Made by a program: the position numbers and the translations under genes
Notes under the pieces: model-generated
What the model saw: the letters and a program-made list of their open reading frames with translations, nothing else
What the model was told of the DNA's origin: nothing
Databases searched by the model: none
Assembly: GCA_051599415.1 (NCBI GenBank)
Contig: AP039699.1
Span: forward strand, 248,001-312,000
Reading direction: 5' to 3'
Length of the DNA stretch: 64,000 nt
Source of the DNA: Savitreella phatthalungensis
Taxonomy: Eukaryota
Shown: in pieces, positions 12,255 to 22,561 of the stretch
How the letters are laid out: every line of letters starts with the position of its first letter
How positions within the stretch are numbered: position 1 is the stretch's first letter

Positions 12255-14836
12255 TTACTTCACGGAGTCTTCTGTCGTCGTAGGGTGTTCAATCTGAGTG
12301 ACGACGCCAGCAGCTACAGTCGATCCTTCTCTCCGGAGTATAACCCTGCCCATATCCTTGTTGTGCGAGAACGGTTCGATTGGGATAGTGCCTGTCTTGA
12401 GCTGTAGCTGGATAACGGCTTGACTGTTCCGAAGGAGGTGTCTGGCTCGCTTGAGCTGCTGATCTCCTGAACTTGGTGATTTTGAGGGAGTGCTGATAGA
12501 CTTGATGATTGCAGGCACATCGACCCTGCCCCGGTGCAGGATCACAGACGACCCAACCAACAAGGGTTGCAGGATTCCGAACGTGACGATCCGAGCCGTC
12601 ATCATCTGTGCATTTTCAATCGCATCTTCTCGATGGCAGAGAACGTCGCCTGAGCGCAGGTACATGGCGTCGATGTCGGAAAGAGTCAGCAGAACGTTGT
12701 CTCCGGCGTAGGCCACATCTCTACGCTCACCAGCAGAGAGCGTCTTTACCGTTGCAGTCTCTTTACTCGGCATACACAAGACTTGATCGCCTTGCTGTAC
12801 CTCTCCGGACGATATTCTGCCAGTGACAGTTATGGCAGAGGAGTTTGGCGCGGGATACACATCTGCAATTTGAAGCCTGAATGGTTTCGATACATCCTTG
12901 TCAGCGGACTCTGTTGCCTTCATGGCGTCCAGCAAACTCGGTCCCTTGTACCACTGCTTGAGCGCATCTGACGCTGGTCGAATGACGTTTTCTCCTGTGA
13001 GTCCGCTGCAGGGAACGTACGTCAGACTTTTGCTCTCAAACCCTACCGCTTTTAAAAACACGGATAGCTGAGTTTCGATGTCGATGTATCTTTCGCGTGA
13101 CCAGTCCATACTGTCCAGCTTATTGATCGCAATCACGACCTTCTGAATACCCAGCGCACGAATCAAGATCGCATGCTCTTTCGTCTGCCCGCCGTTCTCG
13201 AACCCGGCTTCGAATGAGCCGCGAGACGCGTCAATCACAAGCACCGCCATATCAGCCTGTGTAGCGCCAGCGATCATGTTTGGCACAAAGTCCTTATGTC
13301 CTGGTGCATCGAGAATGGTGAAGGTTGTGTCGCCACTGACAAACACACTCTGAGCGTAATCGATTGTGACACCACGTGATCTCTCCTCTTCGCTGCTGTC
13401 CATCGCCCATGCGAATGCAAAAGACGCCTTGTTGATCGACTCACTCTCCTTCTTCAACTTCGACATGCTTCGTTCGTCGATTTGACCAATATCGTATAGT
13501 AAGCGACCGAAGAGCGTTGACTTGCCAGCGTCCACATGTCCCACCACTACTAGGGACAGTTCCTTGTCCTGTATAGTGCCTGTCGGCCGTCCCTGGCGGG
13601 GTTTGTTCTTTACGATTGCTTTTGTCACTGGCACTGCAGTGGTAGCGTCTCCTTCACCAGCCGCTTGCTGTTGCTGCTGCTTTGCCTGCTGCTGCTTTGC
13701 TGCCATGGCTGCACGCTGTGTCAGTCATGTCCGATCTTGCCTGTGTCATTTGCCACTGCTAGCCATACCTTTGCTTTTTGATTGAGCTTGTAGGACGACG
13801 TCATCTGGACTTGGCTTTGAGAATGAGATGTCTAGTGAGGAATCTTTCGGTTTGCCTGTTACTGCAAAGAGCAGGTCAGTTTGAGATGCAGAGGATGACC
13901 GAGATGTACTGCCGACGGTCAACGCGAAGGCGGAGGGCTGCGAGAGAGTTTCGTGGATATCGATGTCAGCAAGCTTGCCTTCTGCCGCGGGTAGATGTTT
14001 CTCCTCAGACATTGTGACATCGTGCTCTTCACTATCTGCATGCTTGATAGTTGATGCAGAGTTGTCTTCGGAAATGTGCATTGCTTCCATTGTCTGTGTG
14101 GCGATGTGTATGGCAGGAGATGCACCACTGCCTGGACCACGGACAGCCACGTCTGACCCGTCCGCAGCAGGACTTCCGCTTGCAACACCAGAAGAAAGAG
14201 TTGTAGCTGTAGCAGGAGCAGGAGCAGCAGCAATAGAAGATGTTGCTTCCCCAGCTGCTGCCGCTTGCTGCTTCCGATTTGCAGCTCTTTGAGCGGCAAG
14301 TTGCTGAATCTTTGACAACTTCTTTACAGGCTTATCCAGCTGAGCATCTGCGGCCTGACCCTCCGACGCCCTCTTGCGCGACACCATCATTGCGTCCTCC
14401 GCAGACATCTCGGCCGATTGAGCTTACCTGTTGCTGTAGATGACGATGAAGATGAAGGTTGATTGCTAGCACTTGCCGGTGCTGCTTTGGGCTTTGGTTG
14501 AACAGGTGCTTTCTTTTCTATTGAATCTTGTTAGCTGAGAGTTCAGTTTTGACGATCGGTTGACCTGATCAGGAGTCAGGAGTAAGAAATGAGAAAGAGA
14601 TGAGAAGATAGAAACGTACTGAGTAGGTAATCTGTTGCTTTGTCCACGTCAAAATAGTAGTGCCAAGCTGCTTCACGGATATCTGAGATTTTGAATCCTG
14701 TGCCTAGACGATTTGTGATGGTTGAGACTGCTTGATCCCACCTTTGGTTATCTTCAGGAGAGATTTCGTCTTCAGCTGCTTCGTCGTCGAGTAGTTCTTC
14801 GTAGTCTAGATTACGGATGTTTCTGTGACGGCTCAT
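12255..14836 (-). CDS. HBS1: Hbs1/Ski7 translational GTPase; exons 14836-14620, 14517-14428, cassette 14347-13769, 13708-12255
   Basis: N-terminal MSRHRNIRN and EAAWHYYFDVDKA (HBS1_N); GTPase motifs GHVDAGKST, ERSRGVTID, DAPGHKDF, NKLD. Introns: GTACGT..GCTAAC..TAG (14619-14518), GTAAGC..CAG (14427-14348, weak branch point), GTATGG..ACTGAC..CAG (13768-13709). All junctions are phase 1. Confidence 0.9.
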
Positions 14837-16063
14837 GTCGAAGAGCAGTGGAAGCTCATCTGACTTTCAAAGTTGCAAAGAATGATAATGTTGTAACTCA
14901 AAGTCTTCAGGGCTGTTGGTCTCTGCCTGTTGTTGCTTCGCTGAAGAGAGTCAAAATGAGAGTACCGTTAGAAGGAGTAGGTAGGTGTGCTGTAGAAAGG
15001 GATTTACTCGTGCATAGGTAGGTGGAATCGACGTCATGCATGATCGAGTGATCGGATCATGATCCTGTACTAACTATTAAAATTGCAATGAATGCATGAA
15101 ATCGATTTCGATATAGTTTATATGCACAAACAGGCCTAAATAATTTATCATCACGTCTTGCATACACGTACTTGTACACATACTGTATATGGATGCAAGC
15201 CTAGGTGTCTCGTCGCTCTGTACATATAAATTTAGGTATACTTATAGGTCAATTGATATTATCGATGCAGACGTCTACGGTGTATCGATTGAATTTCGTA
15301 CGCGTGACTATAGTGCTCAACATGGATGAATGCATGCACATATGTGCTATGGATGCATTGAATTTTTTTAAGATTTGCAATCGATATATACAGTACATGT
15401 AAATTTAGTACATGTCGTAGTAGATGATATTGATCATGATCAATTTCAATCCACGGGGAAACACTCGTGACCTCAATCAGACTAGCACAACGCCAATCCA
15501 ACAATCACTCCAGGAAGTACTCTGCATCAGTGTATGCATACATTCATCCATCCATGCATGTATGCAAGCCACCACCGTAAGCCATAAACCTTCTCCACAC
15601 ATCCATCCTCCTAGTCTTCACTCTTCCTCTCTCTATCGCCCACTCCTCCTGTCACGCCAATCTCCAAAATAACCACATCACGCGACCAACCTCCAACACA
15701 TCTGTCGCCTTTCTCGGTCTCGCCTTCCATCCCTTCTGTCTCAGTCGTGAGCGCAGATCAGAGTACTCGCTCGCTTGCAGGATCACTCTCATCATAAGCC
15801 TTCTGTCGCGTCTCCAGCCATACACACGGCTAACGCGCCCTCTGATCAGCTTCCCTTTTCAGTCTCTTGCTTGCCTTCTTGCTTTCTTGCTCTCTTGCTA
15901 GTGCTTTCTCGCGGCATGCTTTAACCTTTGTGTCTGCTATGCTCCGATTGCGCTCTATCACTTTTGCTTCCTGATGCCCCGAGATGCTGTTCGACGAGTA
16001 ACACAGCCTCATCCCCTCAGCGCGGATCTACTGCAATAGCCAACCTGTTCCCTCAGGAAAATC

Positions 16064-19000
16064 ATGGCAGATTGGACGGACGTATATGTCCATTCAGGAG
16101 TCAACAGTGACGGTCATCTACGAAACGCTCCAATCACCTGCATCGCATTTGACTCCGAGCAAGAGCTTCTGATCGTCGGCCATGAGGATGGCATCGTCAT
16201 CACATACTATGGACTCTCTCTACAAAAATACACCTCAGTCAGAGCTCACAAAGGACCCGTGCTCGACATCCTTGCTACAAAACGAGCCATTCTTACGCTC
16301 GCAAGAGGCAGCCTACATGCAGTCACCCGGGCAGGCGTGTCTTTGTGGTCCCTACAATCGGCAGAAATCGCAGACGCATGCTGCATGACTCTCTCACCAC
16401 GTTCTCCGCACGACGTACTTCTCGCCGGCACAAAACGTGGCATGGTAATCGTCAACTTTGATAATGGGACTGTCACACAAACTCTCGACAACGAGTGTGC
16501 CGACGCCGTCGTTATGCGTCGCCACAACAAGATGGTCGTCGTCGGCAGTACATCTGGCGAGATCAGAATGTATGATCCGATGCAGACGGCCTGCCCCTGC
16601 ATTGCGCACATGCCAGGTCATCCGGCCACCATCAAGGATCTCCTGTCATGCGGCGGTGTCATTCTCACCTCGGGCTTCTCCGCTCGTTTTGGCAATTATC
16701 AGCTCGAGACTGTTGTCAAGACGTTCGATCCTCGAACTCTGAGGCCTATGATGCCAGTTCCATGCAACGCTGGAGCCGCTTTCCTTAGAGCGCATCCTCG
16801 AATGACCACCACGGCAATGCTGCTGTCCTACTCTGGCACACTCCAAGTCATAGACACTGGCAATGTCGCCAACCTGCAGCTTCGTCAGCTGGCGAACATG
16901 TCCTACATCACAGCCTTCGATATTGCTCGGAACGGTTCAGTCATTGCTTACGTGGACTCGGAGAACAATATCCATCTGGCTTCAGCTGGCGGCACCACAA
17001 ACCCGTCATTTCTGGACGCTGGCGAGCCCACACTATTTGCCGATCTGGAACAGCAGCTCCCGGAATACGTGGACGTGGAAGATGAACACAAGCCACTTCA
17101 CACTGTCGGAATGCCATATTACTGGGAAGAGCTCTTGTCGAGCTGGCCAAGCAATTCCACATGCATTGTGGGGAAGCCGCCTCAGAAAGTTGATCCCGAC
17201 TTGCTCACCAGCATGAAGCTCGTCAACGGTGTCGGACATTGTCTATATAATCAGCGCCGACCTCGTAACACCATCGATGCTTCAGATACTAACGACGTTG
17301 TTGGTCCGCCCCGTTTCCTCAGCGAGAAGGCAAAGACACAGCAGAAGACAGCGGCCGATGGCATGACACACAATCTTTTTGAAGACATGGGCAAGATGAG
17401 CATTGGTACCATGTCGGTGCCAAATTACTACCGTCGGATGGAAATTCGCTATTCGAAGTTCGGAATAGAGGACTTCGACTTTGAGTACTTCAACGGAACC
17501 AGCTTTGCAGGACTTGAGACCGCGTTCGCAAACACGTACTGCAACTCGATCCTACAGGTCATGCATGCATCTACTACCTTGAAACAAGCGGCGACATCAC
17601 ATGCTTCCACCAATTGCCTTCGCGAGTACTGCCTTTTGTGCGAGCTCGGGTATGTCTGCACAATGCTCGACAATGCATGCGGGCTTAATTGTCATTCGAC
17701 CAACTTCTTGAGAGCGTTCGCACAGAGCAAGGACGCACAGGCGCTTGGCTTAGTGCTACCAGACGATGCCACACCGCCTCCTGTACCACTCGCTACGCTC
17801 ACTCAGACATTCACTCGCTTCCTCCTGGAGACTTTGTGCCGAGACGCTGTCAATTATGACGGAAGGCCTTCGCCACAAGCTGCAAACACTGGATCCAGCC
17901 CGATTATCGACATGGATAGTCTGGTCGGCATTTACAGCAAAGTGGTGAGCAAGTGCGTGTGCGGCCTCGAGAGTGTGAAGCCTCACGTGGGAGTCGTGAC
18001 TGATCTAGTGTACTCTGCAGGTCTGAGCACTTCGGGAAGCGGCAGCATGCGTAACAAGAGTGTTCAAGAGGCTGTCCAATTCTCAACAGTCTTGCGGACG
18101 AGTGTCCATCGGGAAGGTCAATCACGTGGATGGTGTCCCGGATGCCGGCAGTACCAGCCCGTTGTCGTCCGACGCATCGTCCAGACCCTGCCACCCGTTC
18201 TCTGCATCAACGCGTCCTCGCAGTCGCCAGACGCCTGGCGTCACTGGGCCGGCAAAAACTGGCCACCAACGCGCATCGGCTTGTCGGTGTCCCAAGGCAA
18301 GCTCAACTGCTGGCAAGGTCGCGACCTCGAGAAAAAGACTTCTGAGCGCGGAGGATCAAGTCATTCAGGATCGAGCAACGGCGGAGGTCGGCATGCAGCA
18401 CGCGAGAAGGTCGATGTGTACCTGCTCCGAGGCCTCGTTGTCGAGGTGCGGATCGATCGGCATGACGCACACATGGTGACATTTGTGCGACTCGGTTCAG
18501 CGGACGAGGAACGACCGCGATGGGTGCTGTTCAACGATTTCTTGGTGAAAGAGGTGTCGGAGGAAGAAGCCTTGACATTTGCAGGAAACTGGAAGGTTCC
18601 TGCGGTGGTCATCTACGAGGCCGTCAGCTCAGCTGTGGACAACCGTCGCATTCTGCCACACGTCGATGTCGACACCTCGATCCTGTACACTGACTGGCCG
18701 CGGGTATCTGCACCACTTCGCCCTTCAGATTTCACACCACTTCCGCAAGGATTGACGCTGGACGCACACACGCTCGTCGCCATTGATGCAGAATTTGTCA
18801 GTCTGCAGCAGGAAGAAATTGAGCTACGCAGTGATGGATCTCGGCAGATCCTCCAGCCGCGTCGCAACTCCCTTGCGCGAGTGTCTGTCCTGACAGACGA
18901 CGGCAGACCATTCATCGACGACTACATCACAACGACTTCGCCGATCGTCGATTACCTGACTGAGTACAGTGGCATCCACGAAGGCGATCTCGACCCGAAG

Positions 19001-19456
19001 CGATCCAAATACGCTCCGATTCCGTTGAAGATGGCGTACAAGAAACTGTATGCGCTTGTTCGACTAGGCTGCAGATTCGTCGGTCATGGACTGAGATCTG
19101 ATTTCCGGACGATCAATTTGATGCTGCCGAAAGAACAGGTTGTCGACACGGTCGAGTTGTTCTTCTTGCCTGAGCGTGGTGGACGTAAGCTATCGCTCAA
19201 GTTTCTGGCCTGGTATTTCCTGGACGAGAAGATTCAGCAGGCCGAACACGACTCGATCGAGGACGCTCGGACGGCGCTCAAGCTATGGAGAAAGTATCAA
19301 GACTTTGTTAATGAGGGAACCTTAGATCTCCGTCTCCAAGAGCTCTATGACGAGGGCAGGGGATACAACTTCCGTCCTCCAGATCCAGCAAGGCAGGCCA
19401 AATCCCAAAGCACAAGCCCCGTCAAGCTGGCTGTCACCCCAGCCTTCACAGCCTAG
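16064..19456 (+). CDS. PAN2: PAN2-PAN3 deadenylase catalytic subunit
   Basis: WD40 N-terminus; YSKFGIEDFDF..N; inactive UCH domain (YCNSILQ, CLLCELG); DEDD exonuclease (VAIDAEFV, DYLTEYSGI, FVGHGL, HDSIEDA). Confidence 0.96.
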   Translation: MADWTDVYVHSGVNSDGHLRNAPITCIAFDSEQELLIVGHEDGIVITYYGLSLQKYTSVRAHKGPVLDILATKRAILTLARGSLHAVTRAGVSLWSLQSAEIADACCMTLSPRSPHDVLLAGTKRGMVIVNFDNGTVTQTLDNECADAVVMRRHNKMVVVGSTSGEIRMYDPMQTACPCIAHMPGHPATIKDLLSCGGVILTSGFSARFGNYQLETVVKTFDPRTLRPMMPVPCNAGAAFLRAHPRMTTTAMLLSYSGTLQVIDTGNVANLQLRQLANMSYITAFDIARNGSVIAYVDSENNIHLASAGGTTNPSFLDAGEPTLFADLEQQLPEYVDVEDEHKPLHTVGMPYYWEELLSSWPSNSTCIVGKPPQKVDPDLLTSMKLVNGVGHCLYNQRRPRNTIDASDTNDVVGPPRFLSEKAKTQQKTAADGMTHNLFEDMGKMSIGTMSVPNYYRRMEIRYSKFGIEDFDFEYFNGTSFAGLETAFANTYCNSILQVMHASTTLKQAATSHASTNCLREYCLLCELGYVCTMLDNACGLNCHSTNFLRAFAQSKDAQALGLVLPDDATPPPVPLATLTQTFTRFLLETLCRDAVNYDGRPSPQAANTGSSPIIDMDSLVGIYSKVVSKCVCGLESVKPHVGVVTDLVYSAGLSTSGSGSMRNKSVQEAVQFSTVLRTSVHREGQSRGWCPGCRQYQPVVVRRIVQTLPPVLCINASSQSPDAWRHWAGKNWPPTRIGLSVSQGKLNCWQGRDLEKKTSERGGSSHSGSSNGGGRHAAREKVDVYLLRGLVVEVRIDRHDAHMVTFVRLGSADEERPRWVLFNDFLVKEVSEEEALTFAGNWKVPAVVIYEAVSSAVDNRRILPHVDVDTSILYTDWPRVSAPLRPSDFTPLPQGLTLDAHTLVAIDAEFVSLQQEEIELRSDGSRQILQPRRNSLARVSVLTDDGRPFIDDYITTTSPIVDYLTEYSGIHEGDLDPKRSKYAPIPLKMAYKKLYALVRLGCRFVGHGLRSDFRTINLMLPKEQVVDTVELFFLPERGGRKLSLKFLAWYFLDEKIQQAEHDSIEDARTALKLWRKYQDFVNEGTLDLRLQELYDEGRGYNFRPPDPARQAKSQSTSPVKLAVTPAFTA

Positions 19457-19640
19457 CGCCGTTGCAAGTCATCATCATCATCATCACCATACGGCACGAA
19501 TCACGGTACAGCGCAGTAGAGTATCAAGAGGTCGTTAGAACCACGAGCGGAACACGGAGAAGTCGAGTAGAGGGGTAGAACTGAGAAGGACATTATAAGC
19601 ATTACTTGGGTCATCAAAATTTCGTTGTTAAGGGATATCG

Positions 19641-20159
19641 TCAATTCATGTGATCCTGCTCGTTGTCTTCAGGCTCAACAGCTTCGTTATCGCCGTCCTC
19701 GTCATCATCTTCTTCGGGTGCTTGTTTGATGCGTTTCTTATCTCTCGTGTCGTTCACGTGACGATTTGCGACCTCGATACTCCGTTTGACTCCGACCTCC
19801 CCGTTCCCGCCACCCTCAGCATCAGCAACGATCCGACTGACCTCTTTCGCGAACGCCGCTCTGATAGGCTGTCCCATGAACATCAACCCATCAATCGCTC
19901 GTAGCGTCCTCGCAGCCGCAGGGATATCAGCCATCACCACAAACGCCTGCCCTCGCATCCGCACACCAGCTCTAGCGCTCACGTCAATCACCACGCCGGT
20001 CTCCAAACACAAGTGGTACAGCAGCTCCTTCAGCACAGGCAATCGCACTTTCTCAGGCAGGTTGCGGAGGTAGAGCGTCTGGTTGGGAGGATAAGTCTGT
20101 GTTGCCTTTGACAATGTGTCTGTGAGGGGCTTCGCAGAGGCATCTTCTGGATCGACCAT
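19641..20159 (-). CDS. U1A/U2B''/SNF-family single-RRM snRNP protein (Msl1/U2B''-like architecture)
   Basis: PPNQTLYLRNLPEK...VIDV...MRGQAFVV RRM followed by an acidic tail. Confidence 0.85.
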   Translation of the reverse strand: MVDPEDASAKPLTDTLSKATQTYPPNQTLYLRNLPEKVRLPVLKELLYHLCLETGVVIDVSARAGVRMRGQAFVVMADIPAAARTLRAIDGLMFMGQPIRAAFAKEVSRIVADAEGGGNGEVGVKRSIEVANRHVNDTRDKKRIKQAPEEDDDEDGDNEAVEPEDNEQDHMN

Positions 20160-20558
20160 CGAGATATGGAGTCCTAGGTGACTTGTAGCTCAGCTACGTC
20201 TTTTACCTGACCGATCCTCGTAGTGCTTGTGCTTGTACTCCTTGATGCCCTGTGATAGTTGGCCTTGTGTGTGTTGATTGCTGCATATTCAATCCTTTCA
20301 TCTTTGGGGTCACGTGATTTGCGAAATCTTGGCGGTCGGAAAGGTGCGCGGGGGTCGACGATGACGCCTGCGCCCATTCATCCACTCACTCACTCACTTA
20401 TCAACGCAGGTAGTCAAGCACACACATCCAACTCATTCAAGAATTATCTTCATTCTCATCTTACCTTGCTATTCTCGAAGCGCTTTCACAACACATAAGC
20501 AGACATCGGACGGCGCTTTCACTCAAAGGCTTCTCCTTTTTAGACTGATCGGGACAAG

Positions 20559-21350
20559 ATGAGTTGGCATGGGTTCAAGAAGGCCGTCAACCGGGCCGGC
20601 ACCCAAGTCATGATGAAGGTCGGTCAAGTGGACAAGACGATCGACCGGGACTTTGAGACCGAGGAGCGTCGGTATAGAGTCCTAGAAGGGGCTGCGACGA
20701 AGCTACAGAAGGAAGCGAAAGGATACCTTGACTCATTGCGAGCGATGACGGCCTCGCAGACGCGGATTGCAGATACCGTTGATGCCTTCTACGGCGAGAG
20801 TGGCCAGCGTGATAATGTGAGCGCGTACTACAAACAGGCGGTGAAGGATCTAGATGCCGAGACGGTCAAGGAGCTCGATGGACCGTACAGGGAAACGGTA
20901 CTCGACCCGATCAATCGCTTCTGCGCCTACTTTCCAGACATCAACGAGGCAGTCAAGAAGCGTAACCACAAGCTGATTGACTTTGACTCACAGAGAGCAA
21001 AGGTCAAGAAGCTGGTCGACAAGCCCTCAGACGATGCAAGCAAGCTCCCTCGCGCAGAGAAGGAAGCACAGATGGCACAAGATATCTACGAGCGCATCAA
21101 CAACCAGCTCGTCGAGGAACTCCCACAGCTGATCGATCTCAGAGTCCCTTACTTCGATCCGTCCTTCGAGGCGCTCGTCAAGATCCAGCTCAGATTCTGC
21201 AGGGAAGGATACGAGCGTGTGGCCCAGGTACAGCAGTACTTTGATCCTCAGGTCAGAGAGGACTATGCTCAGGGAGCTCTAGATACCCGAGTCGAGGAGA
21301 TCCTTGCAGAGATGAAGGAACTCGCCATTGTCTCGTCTAACGCTAAGTAA
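20559..21350 (+). CDS. RVS161: Amphiphysin BAR protein Rvs161/Hob3
   Basis: MSWHGFKKAVNRAG start, GYLDSLRAMTASQ, ELPQLIDLRVPYFDPSFEALVKIQLRFC; 263 aa with no SH3 domain. Confidence 0.96.
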   Translation: MSWHGFKKAVNRAGTQVMMKVGQVDKTIDRDFETEERRYRVLEGAATKLQKEAKGYLDSLRAMTASQTRIADTVDAFYGESGQRDNVSAYYKQAVKDLDAETVKELDGPYRETVLDPINRFCAYFPDINEAVKKRNHKLIDFDSQRAKVKKLVDKPSDDASKLPRAEKEAQMAQDIYERINNQLVEELPQLIDLRVPYFDPSFEALVKIQLRFCREGYERVAQVQQYFDPQVREDYAQGALDTRVEEILAEMKELAIVSSNAK

Positions 21351-21666
21351 TTCTCACCCCAGCTCTCGAGGATACACCTATACGAGATCATTCTCCACCC
21401 CCTTTGCCATTAGTCTCTCTCCCTTAGCTCCTTTGACGAATGTATCACGATTGGTAGTTCAGCCTGTGCTCCACTCCTTCCCATCCTCCTGACTCCCTTG
21501 TTATACTGCACATTCTGCGGATGTATGGATATTCTGATTGCCTGCATGTCTTGACTCCACATAAATAAAGCTCACGTTCACTTCCGACAAGCCTCCTCGC
21601 ACCAGCAACCACACCCCCTAAGAACATCCACCCTGTCCACCGAGCGACATCTACAAGCTTCTGGCC

Positions 21667-22560
21667 ATGGACACAACGACCACAGCAGTTCAGACGAACG
21701 GTACCTCCACCACGACGGAGATCAACCTGCCTGCGCTGCCGGCATGCTCGACCTTGTACGTGCGGAACCTAAGCGAGCGGATGAGCTGCCTGCGGTTGCG
21801 GCGGTGCTTGAGTCGCGTGTTTCGCCGGTTTCGGCCGCTGGATGTGCGGGTGGGTGGGAGTGTGCGCGGGAGGGGTCAGGCTTGGGTGACGCTGCCGAAT
21901 GTGAGGTTGGCGAGAGATGCGATGCGGGTGCTTCAGGGACTGCCTGTGGCTGCTGGCAAGCCGATGCTGATTCAGTTCGCAGCCACAGAGAGCGATCGGT
22001 CTGTGGTCCGTCGTAAGGTCAGAGAGGCTGTGGGTGACGGGAAGGGGAAGGGCAAGACGAGGAGGAAGCTGGAGGGGATGACAGAGGATGCGAAGAAGGA
22101 GGTGGCGAGGGTGCTGGAGGAACACCAGAAGGAGAGGAGGAGGCACAGGCAGGAGAGGAGGGATGCGTATGTCGCAAGACACGGAGGCTTCCGCACTCGT
22201 CAGGAGAATGACAGGAGAAGGACAGCTAAAGGGAGAACAGGTGATGACAAGGCGGCACCACAGGCGACGGCAACAACAACAACAACAGCGACAACACTGG
22301 CCTCGAATGACAACCCACCGAATAAGCTACTGTTTATTCAAAACTTGCCGCCCGCAGAGGAAGGCGGCTCAGCAGAGGTGCTAGGTGCGGTGTTTGGCAG
22401 ATTTGCTGGGTTTGTGGAGGTCAGGGTGGTACCTGGGGACCGCGGACTAGCATTTGTGGAGTACTCAAATGTGGATGGGGCCACTGCAGCTAGAGATGCG
22501 ACTGCTGGCTTGTCGCTCGGCGGGGTCAAGGTCTCGGTCGGATTCGCCAAGCCTGCTTAA
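21667..22560 (+). CDS. U1A/U2B''/SNF-family two-RRM snRNP protein (U1A/Usp102-like architecture)
   Basis: RRM1 TLYVRNLSE...RGQAWV...GKPMLIQFA, basic linker, RRM2 PPNKLLFIQNLP...FVEVRVVPG.RGLAFVEY. Confidence 0.85.
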   Translation: MDTTTTAVQTNGTSTTTEINLPALPACSTLYVRNLSERMSCLRLRRCLSRVFRRFRPLDVRVGGSVRGRGQAWVTLPNVRLARDAMRVLQGLPVAAGKPMLIQFAATESDRSVVRRKVREAVGDGKGKGKTRRKLEGMTEDAKKEVARVLEEHQKERRRHRQERRDAYVARHGGFRTRQENDRRRTAKGRTGDDKAAPQATATTTTTATTLASNDNPPNKLLFIQNLPPAEEGGSAEVLGAVFGRFAGFVEVRVVPGDRGLAFVEYSNVDGATAARDATAGLSLGGVKVSVGFAKPA

Positions 22561-22561
22561 T

